Assembly (NCBI GenBank): GCA_035552155.1
Contig: DASZLX010000022.1
Coordinates: forward strand, 2,514 to 66,513
Source: Verrucomicrobiia bacterium
GTDB taxonomy: Bacteria > Verrucomicrobiota > Verrucomicrobiia > Limisphaerales > DASXHY01
Reading direction: 5' to 3'
DNA: 64,000 nucleotides
Shown piece by piece: positions 1-9,423 of this stretch (position 1 is the stretch's first letter; each line of letters starts with the position of its first letter). Both the position numbers and the translations under genes were made by a program. The notes below the pieces were generated by a model. It did no database searches. It saw nothing but the letters and a program-made list of their open reading frames with translations, and was not told where the DNA came from.

Positions 1-90
1 GTGAGGAGAGGAGTTTTTAAAGGCGCGAATTGCTATTATTTGCGAATACGTCGCAGCCTGCGGAAAATTAAACCAGAACCGCAACCAGGC

Positions 91-1317
91 CTATGAGAGG
101 GACTCGCCGCTCACAAAATCAGGCATCTGAAAATGTTGTGAGGATTCCACCACTCCTGCATGCACCATCTTCAGCACCAATCTCGAGATTCGCTTGGCGA
201 AAACAGTTGGATTGCACGAATAGTGGGCCACAGAAGGCACCATATGCATCAAAGACAGTTCGTCATCCCGGGAAATCACAGAAGTATCGGCCGGCACGGA
301 AATGCCGCGGCTAATGAGATAGCTGATTGTCGTTAGCGCATGCAGCGGGCGCCCCACCAGGAAGGCCGTTGGACGATCGGATTGTTTGATACATTGGTCC
401 AGCTTGGAACAGATTTCTTTGCTGGCGGTCGCGTAGCGGATGACTTTTCCCTCGATCGCCCTGCCTCCTGCCTGAAGGCCCTCCAAAAAACCCTCTTCGC
501 TCAGCTTATCTCCGGCAAGGTCCAGATTTGGAGACAGGAAAACAATCCGCCGATGTCCCCTGGCCAAAAACAGACCGGCCGCATGGCGAGCGACCGCACG
601 GTGATCAATATCCACAGCCGGAAGAAAGATTTGCGGCTGACGTGAACCGATGACGACGCAGGGCAGCCCCCGATCCGAAAACCATTTCTGCATTGAGGCG
701 GTGGACAAATATAGGATCCATCCGATGGGCCGCAATTGTCTCGCGCACGCCTCCAAGGCGGCGTCGGGTTGACGATTGTAAAGAGCCGGGCCGCTGTGCA
801 CCTCCAGTTGATAGCCCGCGTTTGCCAATTGCTCACGCAAACTATCCATCCAGAACACTACAAGCCCTTGCAAAAGATGGAGCGGCTGTGGTGTTAGTAG
901 TACCACGCGTCTCGCGACTACAGATCGAATCGGTCCTTGCTTTGAAATAATCGCGTGCCGCTTCCCTGGGCTGGACTTGATTACTCGCCCACGTCGAAGC
1001 TGCTCCAGAGCGATTCTGAGCGTGCCGAGGCCAATGCCCAAGCGGGTGCTAAGTTCTCGCTCCCCCGGCAAATAAGTTTTCCATTCACCCAATTGGATTC
1101 CTTCCTTCAAAATTGCGGCAGCTTGGGCGGACAAAGTATTGCGTTGAGGCAGGCGGTGCATTGTGCAGTCACGGTTATCCGGCTCGAGATGTTGCATTTT
1201 ACCTGCCGTTTGCAACTGAATCAAGTTTCCCCATGCAAGTTGTTCATAGTGACTTCCGGCATGTTGACTCGGGATAAAGGGTACCGGGGCTGAAAACTGG
1301 ACCGAGGGATCTAGCAA
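91..1317 (-). CDS. Transcriptional regulator, GntR-type winged-helix HTH fused to LacI/PBP1-like sugar-binding domain
   Basis: 408-aa ORF. The N-terminal segment YLPGERELSTRLGIGLGTLRIALEQL looks like a GntR HTH. The rest resembles a periplasmic-binding-protein-type effector domain. The true start may be the internal Met at 1161. Confidence 0.7.
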   Translation of the reverse strand: MLDPSVQFSAPVPFIPSQHAGSHYEQLAWGNLIQLQTAGKMQHLEPDNRDCTMHRLPQRNTLSAQAAAILKEGIQLGEWKTYLPGERELSTRLGIGLGTLRIALEQLRRGRVIKSSPGKRHAIISKQGPIRSVVARRVVLLTPQPLHLLQGLVVFWMDSLREQLANAGYQLEVHSGPALYNRQPDAALEACARQLRPIGWILYLSTASMQKWFSDRGLPCVVIGSRQPQIFLPAVDIDHRAVARHAAGLFLARGHRRIVFLSPNLDLAGDKLSEEGFLEGLQAGGRAIEGKVIRYATASKEICSKLDQCIKQSDRPTAFLVGRPLHALTTISYLISRGISVPADTSVISRDDELSLMHMVPSVAHYSCNPTVFAKRISRLVLKMVHAGVVESSQHFQMPDFVSGESLS

Positions 1318-1658
1318 TACGTTGACTCAAATTTGTGGTTACCCAAACAACGAACAGGAGTTTGCCCGGCAGACGGGAATATCTTCTCAAATCCACGCTC
1401 GCTATTTTTGATTCTGCGCCGCTCTGCTTGTATTCGGCGATGCCGGCCAACTCATATTTTGAAGGAATCGACGAAGCTGTTTATCGCCGCGCCATTGAGC
1501 GGATCGTTGACGACAAACCCGCCAGAACCACCGCTCGGAATAGAAAGCGTGATTCCGCCACCATTGTTGATTCCACTATTCAATCCGAGATTCGCAGCCT
1601 GGAAGCGCATTTTAGCTTCGTTCACTCTATACGAAGCAGCGATTGTCACCCAAAGACT

Positions 1659-2741
1659 TTATTTTGAATCCGGTTTTATTGTCTCGGTCGGAGGAACCAC
1701 CTGCAGTATCACCACGGCACTGCTGCATCCCCAGGAAGATTGCGGACCGTCCAGAGTCGGTTGCGGCCAGTGACACCACGAAAGATTATCCGACGAACGA
1801 CGGGCTTTCCATGCGGCATCCGCATTTTTCTGAAGCCAGGGTTCGAAGGCGGCTTGTTCGCCTCGGTCCTTCACAAATCGCGCAATCCAGCGGGCGCCGA
1901 TGCCGTTGAAACCGCCGCTGTCGCCGTTCTCATCGCCGGGAGGAAAATATCCATCGCGACACAGCTGATTCATCGTGTAGAGCGCGGCGAGTCTGGCTTC
2001 GTTGGTAAAACCCAGAAAGTTCGCGGCGCCCACGAAAGTGCCCTCGTTGTAAGTAAGAGCAAAGCGTCCCACACGCCCATTTTCACGAATATGATCAAAA
2101 ACCTGACCCGTGGCGGCATCGAACAGATGGCTGCGTTCCCAGAGAAACAGGTTGGTAGCCACCGTGAAATATTCGGCTTTGCCCGTGCACTTACCCAACA
2201 AAAAAGCCGCTATGGAGGCGGGGCCGTTGACGCAGGCATTCTTGGACCGCACTCCCACCTTCCACCAAAGACCGCCGCCCAAGTTAGTCGAGGCCGCCCG
2301 CGCATAGCACAGGTCAAAGTTTGTTTGTGCCACGGAGAGAAATTCCGGATCGCCGGTAAGCAAATGCGCCCGGGCCAAAGCGATGACGCTCCACATGATA
2401 TCGTCATTGTAGGGATTGCGCTCCCATGTCCGGCCGTGTTCGGCAATGAATCCGTGAAACAGGTTGGTGAACATAACCAACCGTTGCGGATTGGCAGCGT
2501 GTTCGTAAGCATCGAGCACCATCTCCATCTGTTCTGCTTCCGTCCAAAAATCCGCAGGCTCGTTTCCCTGGTCATTTTTTCGGTAAAAAGCTCCCGCTGC
2601 TCTGGTTCGATAAAACGCCTGGCTGTGCGCGTCGAACAGCGTGTCGGCATCGGCGGAGGTGAAAGCCCGGGTTTGAATCACCGAGCAACAAAAGGCGATG
2701 GCCAAGACGGCGCACCAGAAGACTTCGATGCGCCGGCACAA
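1659..2741 (-). CDS. Glycoside hydrolase family 76 (alpha-1,6-mannanase-like), secreted
   Basis: 360-aa ORF with an N-terminal hydrophobic signal. GH76-like motifs are present: NPYNDDIMW (the catalytic DD region), GGLWWK, KNACVNGPA and TYNEGTFVGA. Confidence 0.7.
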   Translation of the reverse strand: MCRRIEVFWCAVLAIAFCCSVIQTRAFTSADADTLFDAHSQAFYRTRAAGAFYRKNDQGNEPADFWTEAEQMEMVLDAYEHAANPQRLVMFTNLFHGFIAEHGRTWERNPYNDDIMWSVIALARAHLLTGDPEFLSVAQTNFDLCYARAASTNLGGGLWWKVGVRSKNACVNGPASIAAFLLGKCTGKAEYFTVATNLFLWERSHLFDAATGQVFDHIRENGRVGRFALTYNEGTFVGAANFLGFTNEARLAALYTMNQLCRDGYFPPGDENGDSGGFNGIGARWIARFVKDRGEQAAFEPWLQKNADAAWKARRSSDNLSWCHWPQPTLDGPQSSWGCSSAVVILQVVPPTETIKPDSK

Positions 2742-2828
2742 ACAGTCTCTTCGCTTTTTATTTTTGAATCTGGGACTAATAAATGGTGAAAAATTTTCCC
2801 TAACTCAACTAATGCGTGAGTTCGCCCG

Positions 2829-3110
2829 TTATCTCTGCGCCTTCATCATGACATGTTCATCCGTGATGGGTTGCAACTCCGCAATCGTCGCATAAGCATG
2901 GCCATTTTGTTCGTTTAATGCGACAAATTTCAGGTAACGCGCCTTCACCGGCCTCGCAAAACGTATTGTTTCCACATTCGCATCACGATCAAATGTTCCC
3001 TTGGCAACTGTAGAGTTCCACGCCTGCCCGTCAAGACTGAGGTAAACCTCGTCATTTTTGACATGGCCGTTATCGCCAATCATAAAACAAAAATGACGCG
3101 CAGTCCCCAA
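2829..3110 (-). pseudogene. C-terminal half of an F5/8 type C (discoidin/CBM32-like) domain, in frame directly behind the TGA stop of the GH2 gene
   Basis: The segment EVYLSLDGQAWNSTVAKGTF...IRFARPVKARYLKFVALNEQNGHAYATIAELQPI matches the second half of a discoidin domain. The first half is absent. The ORF is contiguous and in the same frame as 3111..5780, separated only by a TGA. Confidence 0.5.
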
Positions 3111-5780
3111 TCAGTTAGCGGACACCGCCGCGACCGGATCGAAGCGAAGATAAATTGAGCCTTGATACGGCGCATTCACCAGTGGCGTGGTTGATTGCGG
3201 ACCGAGCTGAGCGGCACGGTGAAATTTGGTTCCAATGGGCGGAATGTCGCGCACCGCAGCCAAATTTCCGGAAGGAAACGCAATCTTTGTGCGGCCGGAC
3301 AATTTCGCTGGCGGAAACCGCGGCGTGCCCACACGCACAAAAGTTTTCCCGTCCGGAATCATCATGGTAAGGACGCCTTCGGTCGTCGCCAATTTGAGCC
3401 AGTGGACATTGGCGAAATAGCCGGCGAATTCGGGGTAGACCCAATCCTCATAACCGGTCTCGGTCGTATTGTAAGCAGTCTCCCAAACCCCCAGAGTTCC
3501 GCCTTTTAAGCGATTGCGCCAGACACGGTAGGGACCATCGCCCAGCCATGTTTTCTTGAGCATTTTCTCTTCGGGAAAATCAAACGCCACCCCGAGAACG
3601 TTGGTCTGCACGCTGGGATCCACGGAGTAATCCAGTTTTAGCCAGCCCGAATTCAACAGCGTCCACCTGGCCTCTGAAATCGGAGCGCTGGTCAGAGAGA
3701 AATTTTTGTCGTTCACTTTGACGCTCAGCAATTGGCCGGTGGTTGGATCGACATGGACTTCCGTGTCGCCGCTTTTCAAAACCGATTCACCGTCCACCAC
3801 GGCCGGGGTGACGGGCGATCCGGCGGGCGTAAAATTATTCTGTGAACGCAAGGGGTAAACCCACGTCCACAATTCATGACCGGCGGCGTCCTTCACCGTG
3901 ACCGCCAGCGCGTCGGCATTCTTCCAACCGCGCGGCAGATTCAATTTCAAAACCCCGGCTTTTTTTGGGCCCACCCTGGGACTGACGCTTTGTCCGCTGG
4001 CAATCACCTCGAACCCGGTCCAATCGCCAAAATTCCGCAATTGCCAGGTGAACCGGCATTGGGAGAGGCTCGTGAAATCGAAACGGTTTTCCACCGGCAA
4101 TGTGCCGTTGAAATTGGCCGGCAATGCCTCGGGTAATTGCACCGGCGACCAGATTTGTTTGATGGTATAATAGCTGGCTTCCTTTTGCCGAAACGGTCCC
4201 ACTATGCCATCCGGCGCCCAATTGCCTTTCACATCGATGACATTGTTTGAATCGCCACGCTGCACACCCTCATCCGCGAACACCCAGAGGAATCCGCCCA
4301 TCGCAACTTTGCTGCCGCTCATGGCTTTCCAATAATCGTCCAGGCCCGCTCCCAGCCCTCCGTCATAGAGGCCATGAAGAAATTCCGTCATCAAATAATC
4401 CGATTTGCCGCCCAGCGCCTTTAGCAGCGAACTATAATCCGGATAATGGCTGTCGGTAATATCGCCGAACTTCGCCCACGGATGATTGACCACGCGATGC
4501 TGCGGGTCCAGTTGCGTGAAGTCAGCGTCGAGATTGGTATTCCAACCGCCCTCGTTGCCGTTGTCCCAAATGATAATGCTGGGATGGTTTACATCCCGGG
4601 AGATCATTTCTTTGACGTGTTCGCGGCCCACGTCGGTATCATATTTGTGTTGCCAGCCGGTAAGTTCGTCGAGGACGTAAAGGCCTTTTTCATCGCACAA
4701 ATCGAGAAACTCTTCGTCGGGCGGATAATGCGACATGCGCACGGCATTCATATTCATGTCCCGAATCAAATCGATGTCCAGGACATCAATCCGATCCGAC
4801 GAGGAACGTCCCAGGGTAGGCCAGGCGACGTGATGACAGACTCCGCGTAACAAGATGTGTTGGCCGTTGACAAACAGACCTTCTCCCGGCCGCACTTCGA
4901 TCGTGCGGAATCCGAACCGCTGTTTGAACTCGTGCAACACCTCGGCGCCTTGTTTAAGCTGCACGACGGCGGTATAAAGTACGGGCGTCTCCGCGGTCCA
5001 TAATGCCGGAGCCGCCACCTTCGTCACGACGCGGCCCGCAGTCACGGGGACGGAAACGGGTTTCCCCACCATTCTTCCCCGGGCATCTTGAAGCGTGACC
5101 TTAACGGTGTCCGCATTTCCCTGGCCGCCGAGATAGTAGTCCAGCGCAAACGTGCCGTCGGCCCGCGCATCAATGGCGACGCGCTTCAGGAACTGCGCCG
5201 GTTCGGCCTGCAACCATACGGGCCGGAAAATCCCGCCGAAGACCCAGAAGTCGGCATTGCGTTCGGCGTTATTGACCGAGGCATTGGAGGATTTGTCGTC
5301 CACGGACACCTCCAGCAAATTTTCCTGGCCGTATTTAACCAAGCCGGTGATGTCGTATTTAAACCGGTAAAAAGCGCCTTGATGAACTGGCCCCGTCGGC
5401 AGACCGTTGATCTTAACCGCGGCATCGGCCATCACGCCATCAAAGACGATAAAGACCCGCTTGCCACTCCATTCGGCAGGAACGTTGAACTGATGGCGGT
5501 AATCCCCGCGGATGGAGGTATAGTTTTTATCCTCGTGGCCATAACGAAACTTGCCAAACCCTTGTAACTCCCAGCACGAAGGCACTTCAATATTGGTCCA
5601 GCAGCCGCTGCCCCGACCGTCGGAACAGAAAAAATCCCACGGCACCGTGTGCTCCCCATCGGTGCCGGAAAGATACTGACGGATGGTTTCCTGCGCCGAG
5701 ACCGGAATGGCGGCGTTCGCAACGCTGAGAAAACCAACCGCGAACAAAATGCGTCGGGCCCGGGTAAAATAATTTGTCAT
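3111..5780 (-). CDS. Glycoside hydrolase family 2 (beta-galactosidase/beta-mannosidase-like), secreted
   Basis: GH2 sugar-binding, Ig-like and TIM-barrel motifs are present: NAVRMSHYPPDEEFLDLCDEKGLYVLDE and HPSIIIWDNGNEGGWN. The signal peptide MTNYFTRARRILFAVGFLSVANAAIPVSAQ starts at the ATG at 5780. The ORF-track extension to 6035 is treated as non-native. Confidence 0.85.
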   Translation of the reverse strand: MTNYFTRARRILFAVGFLSVANAAIPVSAQETIRQYLSGTDGEHTVPWDFFCSDGRGSGCWTNIEVPSCWELQGFGKFRYGHEDKNYTSIRGDYRHQFNVPAEWSGKRVFIVFDGVMADAAVKINGLPTGPVHQGAFYRFKYDITGLVKYGQENLLEVSVDDKSSNASVNNAERNADFWVFGGIFRPVWLQAEPAQFLKRVAIDARADGTFALDYYLGGQGNADTVKVTLQDARGRMVGKPVSVPVTAGRVVTKVAAPALWTAETPVLYTAVVQLKQGAEVLHEFKQRFGFRTIEVRPGEGLFVNGQHILLRGVCHHVAWPTLGRSSSDRIDVLDIDLIRDMNMNAVRMSHYPPDEEFLDLCDEKGLYVLDELTGWQHKYDTDVGREHVKEMISRDVNHPSIIIWDNGNEGGWNTNLDADFTQLDPQHRVVNHPWAKFGDITDSHYPDYSSLLKALGGKSDYLMTEFLHGLYDGGLGAGLDDYWKAMSGSKVAMGGFLWVFADEGVQRGDSNNVIDVKGNWAPDGIVGPFRQKEASYYTIKQIWSPVQLPEALPANFNGTLPVENRFDFTSLSQCRFTWQLRNFGDWTGFEVIASGQSVSPRVGPKKAGVLKLNLPRGWKNADALAVTVKDAAGHELWTWVYPLRSQNNFTPAGSPVTPAVVDGESVLKSGDTEVHVDPTTGQLLSVKVNDKNFSLTSAPISEARWTLLNSGWLKLDYSVDPSVQTNVLGVAFDFPEEKMLKKTWLGDGPYRVWRNRLKGGTLGVWETAYNTTETGYEDWVYPEFAGYFANVHWLKLATTEGVLTMMIPDGKTFVRVGTPRFPPAKLSGRTKIAFPSGNLAAVRDIPPIGTKFHRAAQLGPQSTTPLVNAPYQGSIYLRFDPVAAVSAN

Positions 5781-5942
5781 GCTGCTGATTCGGGATTGAA
5801 AAGTTATAAGCGCAAACCAGATTGCACCCTGTCCACGCCGTTTCATACTTGAATTTGAAGCCCACATATATCTTTCGCCAAATTTTTTATTGCACCAAGG
5901 AATTGATTCCACTGCCCAACAACCCGCCCTGGTCCACCAGCC

Positions 5943-6035
5943 GACGGTGATGGGTTGCTCGGGGGTTTGCATGGTTGCCCAGTATAACCGGCCATAATAG
6001 CCGGCAAATTCCGGATAAACCCAGGCCATATACAA
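5943..6035 (-). pseudogene. Relic of the C-terminal region of a GH2 paralogue
   Basis: The translation WVYPEFAGYYGRLYWATMQTPEQPITV parallels WVYPEFAGYFANVHWLKLATTEGVLTM near the C-terminus of the adjacent GH2. No matching upstream coding sequence exists. Confidence 0.35.
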
Positions 6036-6041
6036 AAGGAT

Positions 6042-6058
6042 GCAATCGAAACGATTGC
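6042..6058. promoter_or_regulatory. Perfect palindrome GCAATCG-AAA-CGATTGC in a divergent promoter region (candidate operator)
   Basis: 7-bp inverted repeat with a 3-nt centre, read directly from the sequence. It lies between the GH2 gene (-) and the TIM-barrel gene (+). Confidence 0.35.
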
Positions 6059-6132
6059 TTCATGGAAGCCGTTGGCATGTTGACGCTTTCATTCGGGAAA
6101 AAACTCCTTAATTTGTCGCCAGCGTCTTTCGA

Positions 6133-6972
6133 ATGAAAAAAACTTTCCTGGAACGCATTGGCGTATGCAGTTGGTCGTTGCGGCCCGCGACACCCACGGA
6201 CCTTGTCGTCGAACTTAAAGCCGCGGGCATCTCCAGAGTTCAACTGGCATTGGATCCGCTTCGGGAATCACGTTCACTCATCGAGGAAACCGAAACTCTA
6301 TTCAGGCAAAACGGCATTCACATCGTCTCAGGGATGTTCGGAACCGCCGGTGAGGATTATTCCACACTGGAAACAATTCGCGCCACTGGAGGAATCGCGC
6401 CGGACAGCACCTGGTCCGAGAATTTGGCGCGCATTCACGCAAATGCGCTCATCGCCAGCGAGCTTTGCCTTTCACTCGTAACCTTTCACGCGGGGTTTCT
6501 ACCAGACGACCCGGCGGACCCGAATTTTGCGAAGATGCTGAAGCGGGTGACACAAGTTGCCGAAATCTTTGGCGCGCGAAATATTTCCGTGGCTCTCGAA
6601 ACCGGGCAGGAAACCGCGCTGAATCTTGCCGTCTTTCTGAGGAAACTCAATTGCCGGAACCTCGGTGTTAATTTCGACCCCGCCAATATCATTCTCTATG
6701 ATAAGGGCGATCCGATCGAAGCGCTTCGCACTCTTCGGCCATGGCTGCGCCAGGCGCACATCAAGGACGCCAAACGCACGACCGCCCCCGGTACCTGGGG
6801 CGTTGAAGTGGTTGCAGGCGAGGGCGAAGTCGATTGGCCGAAATTCTTTTCTGTTCTTCGCGAAACACAGTTCGCCGGAGACTTCGTCATTGAACGTGAA
6901 GCGGGCGAACAACGGCTCCTGGATGTTTGCGCGGCGCGGGATTTGTTGCTTCAATTGAACTGCGTTCCCTGA
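6133..6972 (+). CDS. Xylose isomerase-like TIM-barrel protein (sugar phosphate isomerase/epimerase family)
   Basis: 279-aa ORF. Family-typical pattern: IGVCSWSL near the N-terminus, VTFHAGF, VALETG and NFDPANI. Confidence 0.8.
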   Translation: MKKTFLERIGVCSWSLRPATPTDLVVELKAAGISRVQLALDPLRESRSLIEETETLFRQNGIHIVSGMFGTAGEDYSTLETIRATGGIAPDSTWSENLARIHANALIASELCLSLVTFHAGFLPDDPADPNFAKMLKRVTQVAEIFGARNISVALETGQETALNLAVFLRKLNCRNLGVNFDPANIILYDKGDPIEALRTLRPWLRQAHIKDAKRTTAPGTWGVEVVAGEGEVDWPKFFSVLRETQFAGDFVIEREAGEQRLLDVCAARDLLLQLNCVP

Positions 6973-6974
6973 TT

Positions 6975-8021
6975 ATGCCCGCGCTCACGAAAACCATTCC
7001 CCGAAAGGTCAACGTGGCTGTGGTGGGCCTCGGATTCATGGGCCGAACACATTTGCGGGTTTACCTCGAAAATCCCCAGGCTCAGGTCGTCGCGGTTTGC
7101 GGCCTCAATCGCGTTCCTGTGAACGGCGTTTTGGCCGGTATCGAAGGCAATGTTAAAAAAACCGACGACATCGTTCTGAGACCCGGCGTAAAAGTTTTTC
7201 GAAGCTTCGAACGACTCCTGGCCGAGCCGGACATTGATCTGGTGGATTTGTGCACGCCGACGGCGTTGCATCCCGCACAGGCCATTGCCGCATTGAAAGC
7301 GGGCAAACATGTCCTTTGCGAAAAGCCGCTCGCCCTCACTTCCCGCGCCGCGGTCGAGGTCTTGAAATCCGCCGAGTCTGCGCCGGGCTTTCTCATGCCG
7401 GCAATGTGCATGAGATTCTGGCCGGGCTGGAGCTGGCTAAAACGGATAGTGGCCGAAAAAATTTACGGAGAGATTCTCGCCGCGCGCTTTTGTCGTTTTT
7501 CGGAGATGCCCGCATGGACCCAGGCAAACACTTTTTCTGACGCCAGCGCTTCCGGGGGCGCTTTGTTCGATTTTCATATCCACGACACAGATTTTATCCA
7601 CTATCTTTTCGGCAGGCCTGCGGGTGTTTTTTCCACGGGGGTTATCGACAAAGCGAGCCGTATTGATCACGTCACGACGCAATACCATTATCCGCACGGG
7701 CCCGCAGTCCACGCCGAAGCGAGTTGGTTGCGCGCGCAAGGGTTCAATATGGCCTACACGCTGCACTGCGAGAAAGCGACTGTGGATTTCGACATGGCGC
7801 GCGGCGTTGCGGCGCTGACAGTTCTCGAACGCGGCCATTCGCCGCAAACAATTCAGTTGGAACTATCGGATGGCTATACGGAGGAGATTCGGTATTTCGT
7901 CGATTGTATCGGCAAGAATTCACCGCCAGAAACCGTGACCGTGCGGGACGCCCTGACAGCGTTGGAAATATGCGAAGCGGAGGAAAAATCCATTCGCAAC
8001 AACTGTTATATAAAAATTTAA
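6975..8021 (+). CDS. Gfo/Idh/MocA family NAD(P)-dependent oxidoreductase
   Basis: Rossmann motif VNVAVVGLGFMGRTH and the EKP motif (VLCEKPLA). The ATG at 6975 lies 3 nt after the upstream stop. Confidence 0.85.
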   Translation: MPALTKTIPRKVNVAVVGLGFMGRTHLRVYLENPQAQVVAVCGLNRVPVNGVLAGIEGNVKKTDDIVLRPGVKVFRSFERLLAEPDIDLVDLCTPTALHPAQAIAALKAGKHVLCEKPLALTSRAAVEVLKSAESAPGFLMPAMCMRFWPGWSWLKRIVAEKIYGEILAARFCRFSEMPAWTQANTFSDASASGGALFDFHIHDTDFIHYLFGRPAGVFSTGVIDKASRIDHVTTQYHYPHGPAVHAEASWLRAQGFNMAYTLHCEKATVDFDMARGVAALTVLERGHSPQTIQLELSDGYTEEIRYFVDCIGKNSPPETVTVRDALTALEICEAEEKSIRNNCYIKI

Positions 8022-8037
8022 ACAACGAAGTTTATCC

Positions 8038-9387
8038 ATGAACAAATCGCCCCGCTTCAAATTGTTCATCATGATGGTGCTGGAATTTTTCATCTGGGGA
8101 GCGTGGCTGCCCTTGATTTTCGGCTACCTGCCCAGCCTGCATTTCACGCCGGCCGAACAGGCATGGATACTCAACGCATTCCCGATTGCGGCGATTTTCG
8201 GGATGTTCTTCAGCAACCAATTCGCCGATCGCCGCTTTTCCGCCGAAAAATTTCTGGCCTTCAGCCACTTTGTCGGCGGGCTTGCCATGCTCGGCCTCGC
8301 ATTCACCCGAAGTTTCTGGCCATTTTTCATCCTGATGCTCCTTCATTGCCTGCTGTATGTGCCCACGATTTCAATCACGAATTCCATCGCGTTCGCCCAT
8401 ATGAAGGACCCACAAAAAGAGTTCGGAGCGGTACGAATGGGCGGCACGATCGGCTGGGTTCTTGCCGCGTGGCCATTCACATTTATTTTGGTCGATTGGG
8501 ACAAGGTCCAGGCTGCGAACGTGCACGGCGTCATCAAAACATTGGGCGTGATTCTCAGTTCCGGCCTGACGGGAGAATCTCTGAAATCGGCGACCGTCTG
8601 GACCTACAAAGTCGCAGGCCTCGCCTCGCTCGCTCTTGCCGGGTTCAGCTTTTTCCTTCCCCACACGCCACCTAAAAAAAGCGGCGCGACCGGCTATCAA
8701 AAACTCGCCTGGCTGGAAGCCGCCAAATTGCTCAAGCAACCTTTCGTTCTGGTGCTTTGGCTGGTGACTTTGGCGGACTCCTTTTCCCACAATTGTTATT
8801 TCAATTGGACCGCCTCGTTTCTAGGCGCGACGCCGGGATCAGGCGGCGTTGGAATTCCCGGCAATTGGATTATGCCGGTGATGAGTGTGGGACAAATCGC
8901 GGAAATCCTCGCGATGTTTATTCTCGGGGCAACGCTCAAAAAACTGGGGTGGCGGGCGACGTTACTCGCGGGAATCCTCGGCCAGGTTGGTCGATTTGCA
9001 GTCTATGCCTTTTTCCCGCAGCCCGCGTCATTGATTATTCTCATCCAACTGCTTCATGGTGTTTGCTACGCATTCTTCTTCGCCACGGTCTATATCTTTG
9101 TCGATGCTCACTTTCCCAAAGATGCGCGAGCGAGCGCGCAAGGGCTGTTTAACGTGATGATTCTCGGAGTTGGCGCGTTGCTGGCAAACTCCATATGCCC
9201 GTACTTGATTCAGCACACGTTTGCGCACAATGGCGTCACCAATTTCCGCGGTTTGTTTCTCGTGCCGATGTTTTGCGCACTCGCCGCAGCGGCCGCGCTC
9301 GCATTTTTTTTCAATCCTCCGAAGGAAATTTCTCAAGAAACCAAAGAGACCGTGGGCCAACCGGAGACAGCGATATCCGAGTCGTGA
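8038..9387 (+). CDS. MFS transporter, nucleoside:H+ symporter (NupG/XapB-like) family
   Basis: 449 aa with about 12 predicted TM segments. The N-terminus FKLFIMMVLEFFIWGAWLPLIFGYL resembles the NupG-family N-terminus. Confidence 0.7.
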   Translation: MNKSPRFKLFIMMVLEFFIWGAWLPLIFGYLPSLHFTPAEQAWILNAFPIAAIFGMFFSNQFADRRFSAEKFLAFSHFVGGLAMLGLAFTRSFWPFFILMLLHCLLYVPTISITNSIAFAHMKDPQKEFGAVRMGGTIGWVLAAWPFTFILVDWDKVQAANVHGVIKTLGVILSSGLTGESLKSATVWTYKVAGLASLALAGFSFFLPHTPPKKSGATGYQKLAWLEAAKLLKQPFVLVLWLVTLADSFSHNCYFNWTASFLGATPGSGGVGIPGNWIMPVMSVGQIAEILAMFILGATLKKLGWRATLLAGILGQVGRFAVYAFFPQPASLIILIQLLHGVCYAFFFATVYIFVDAHFPKDARASAQGLFNVMILGVGALLANSICPYLIQHTFAHNGVTNFRGLFLVPMFCALAAAAALAFFFNPPKEISQETKETVGQPETAISES

Positions 9388-9423
9388 CTTCTCTGAAGCC
9401 CTGAAAGTCCATCCGTCGCGCCT

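Noticed and set aside
1452-1649. 65-aa ORF just downstream of GH76 (…GGSGGFVVNDPLNGAAINSFVDSFKI)
   Set aside because: It is Gly/Asn-rich and might be a fragment of a secreted protein. There is no start context or motif I can support, so it is not called.
3111-3113. TGA between GH2 and the discoidin fragment read as selenocysteine or programmed readthrough
   Set aside because: I could identify no SECIS-like hairpin immediately downstream. The downstream domain is only a half-domain, which fits decay better than recoding.
5781-5942. N-terminal extension of the GH2 ORF (the ORF track starts at 6035)
   Set aside because: The native signal peptide begins at the Met at 5780. The upstream in-frame codons are partly a paralogue relic and otherwise have no protein-like character.
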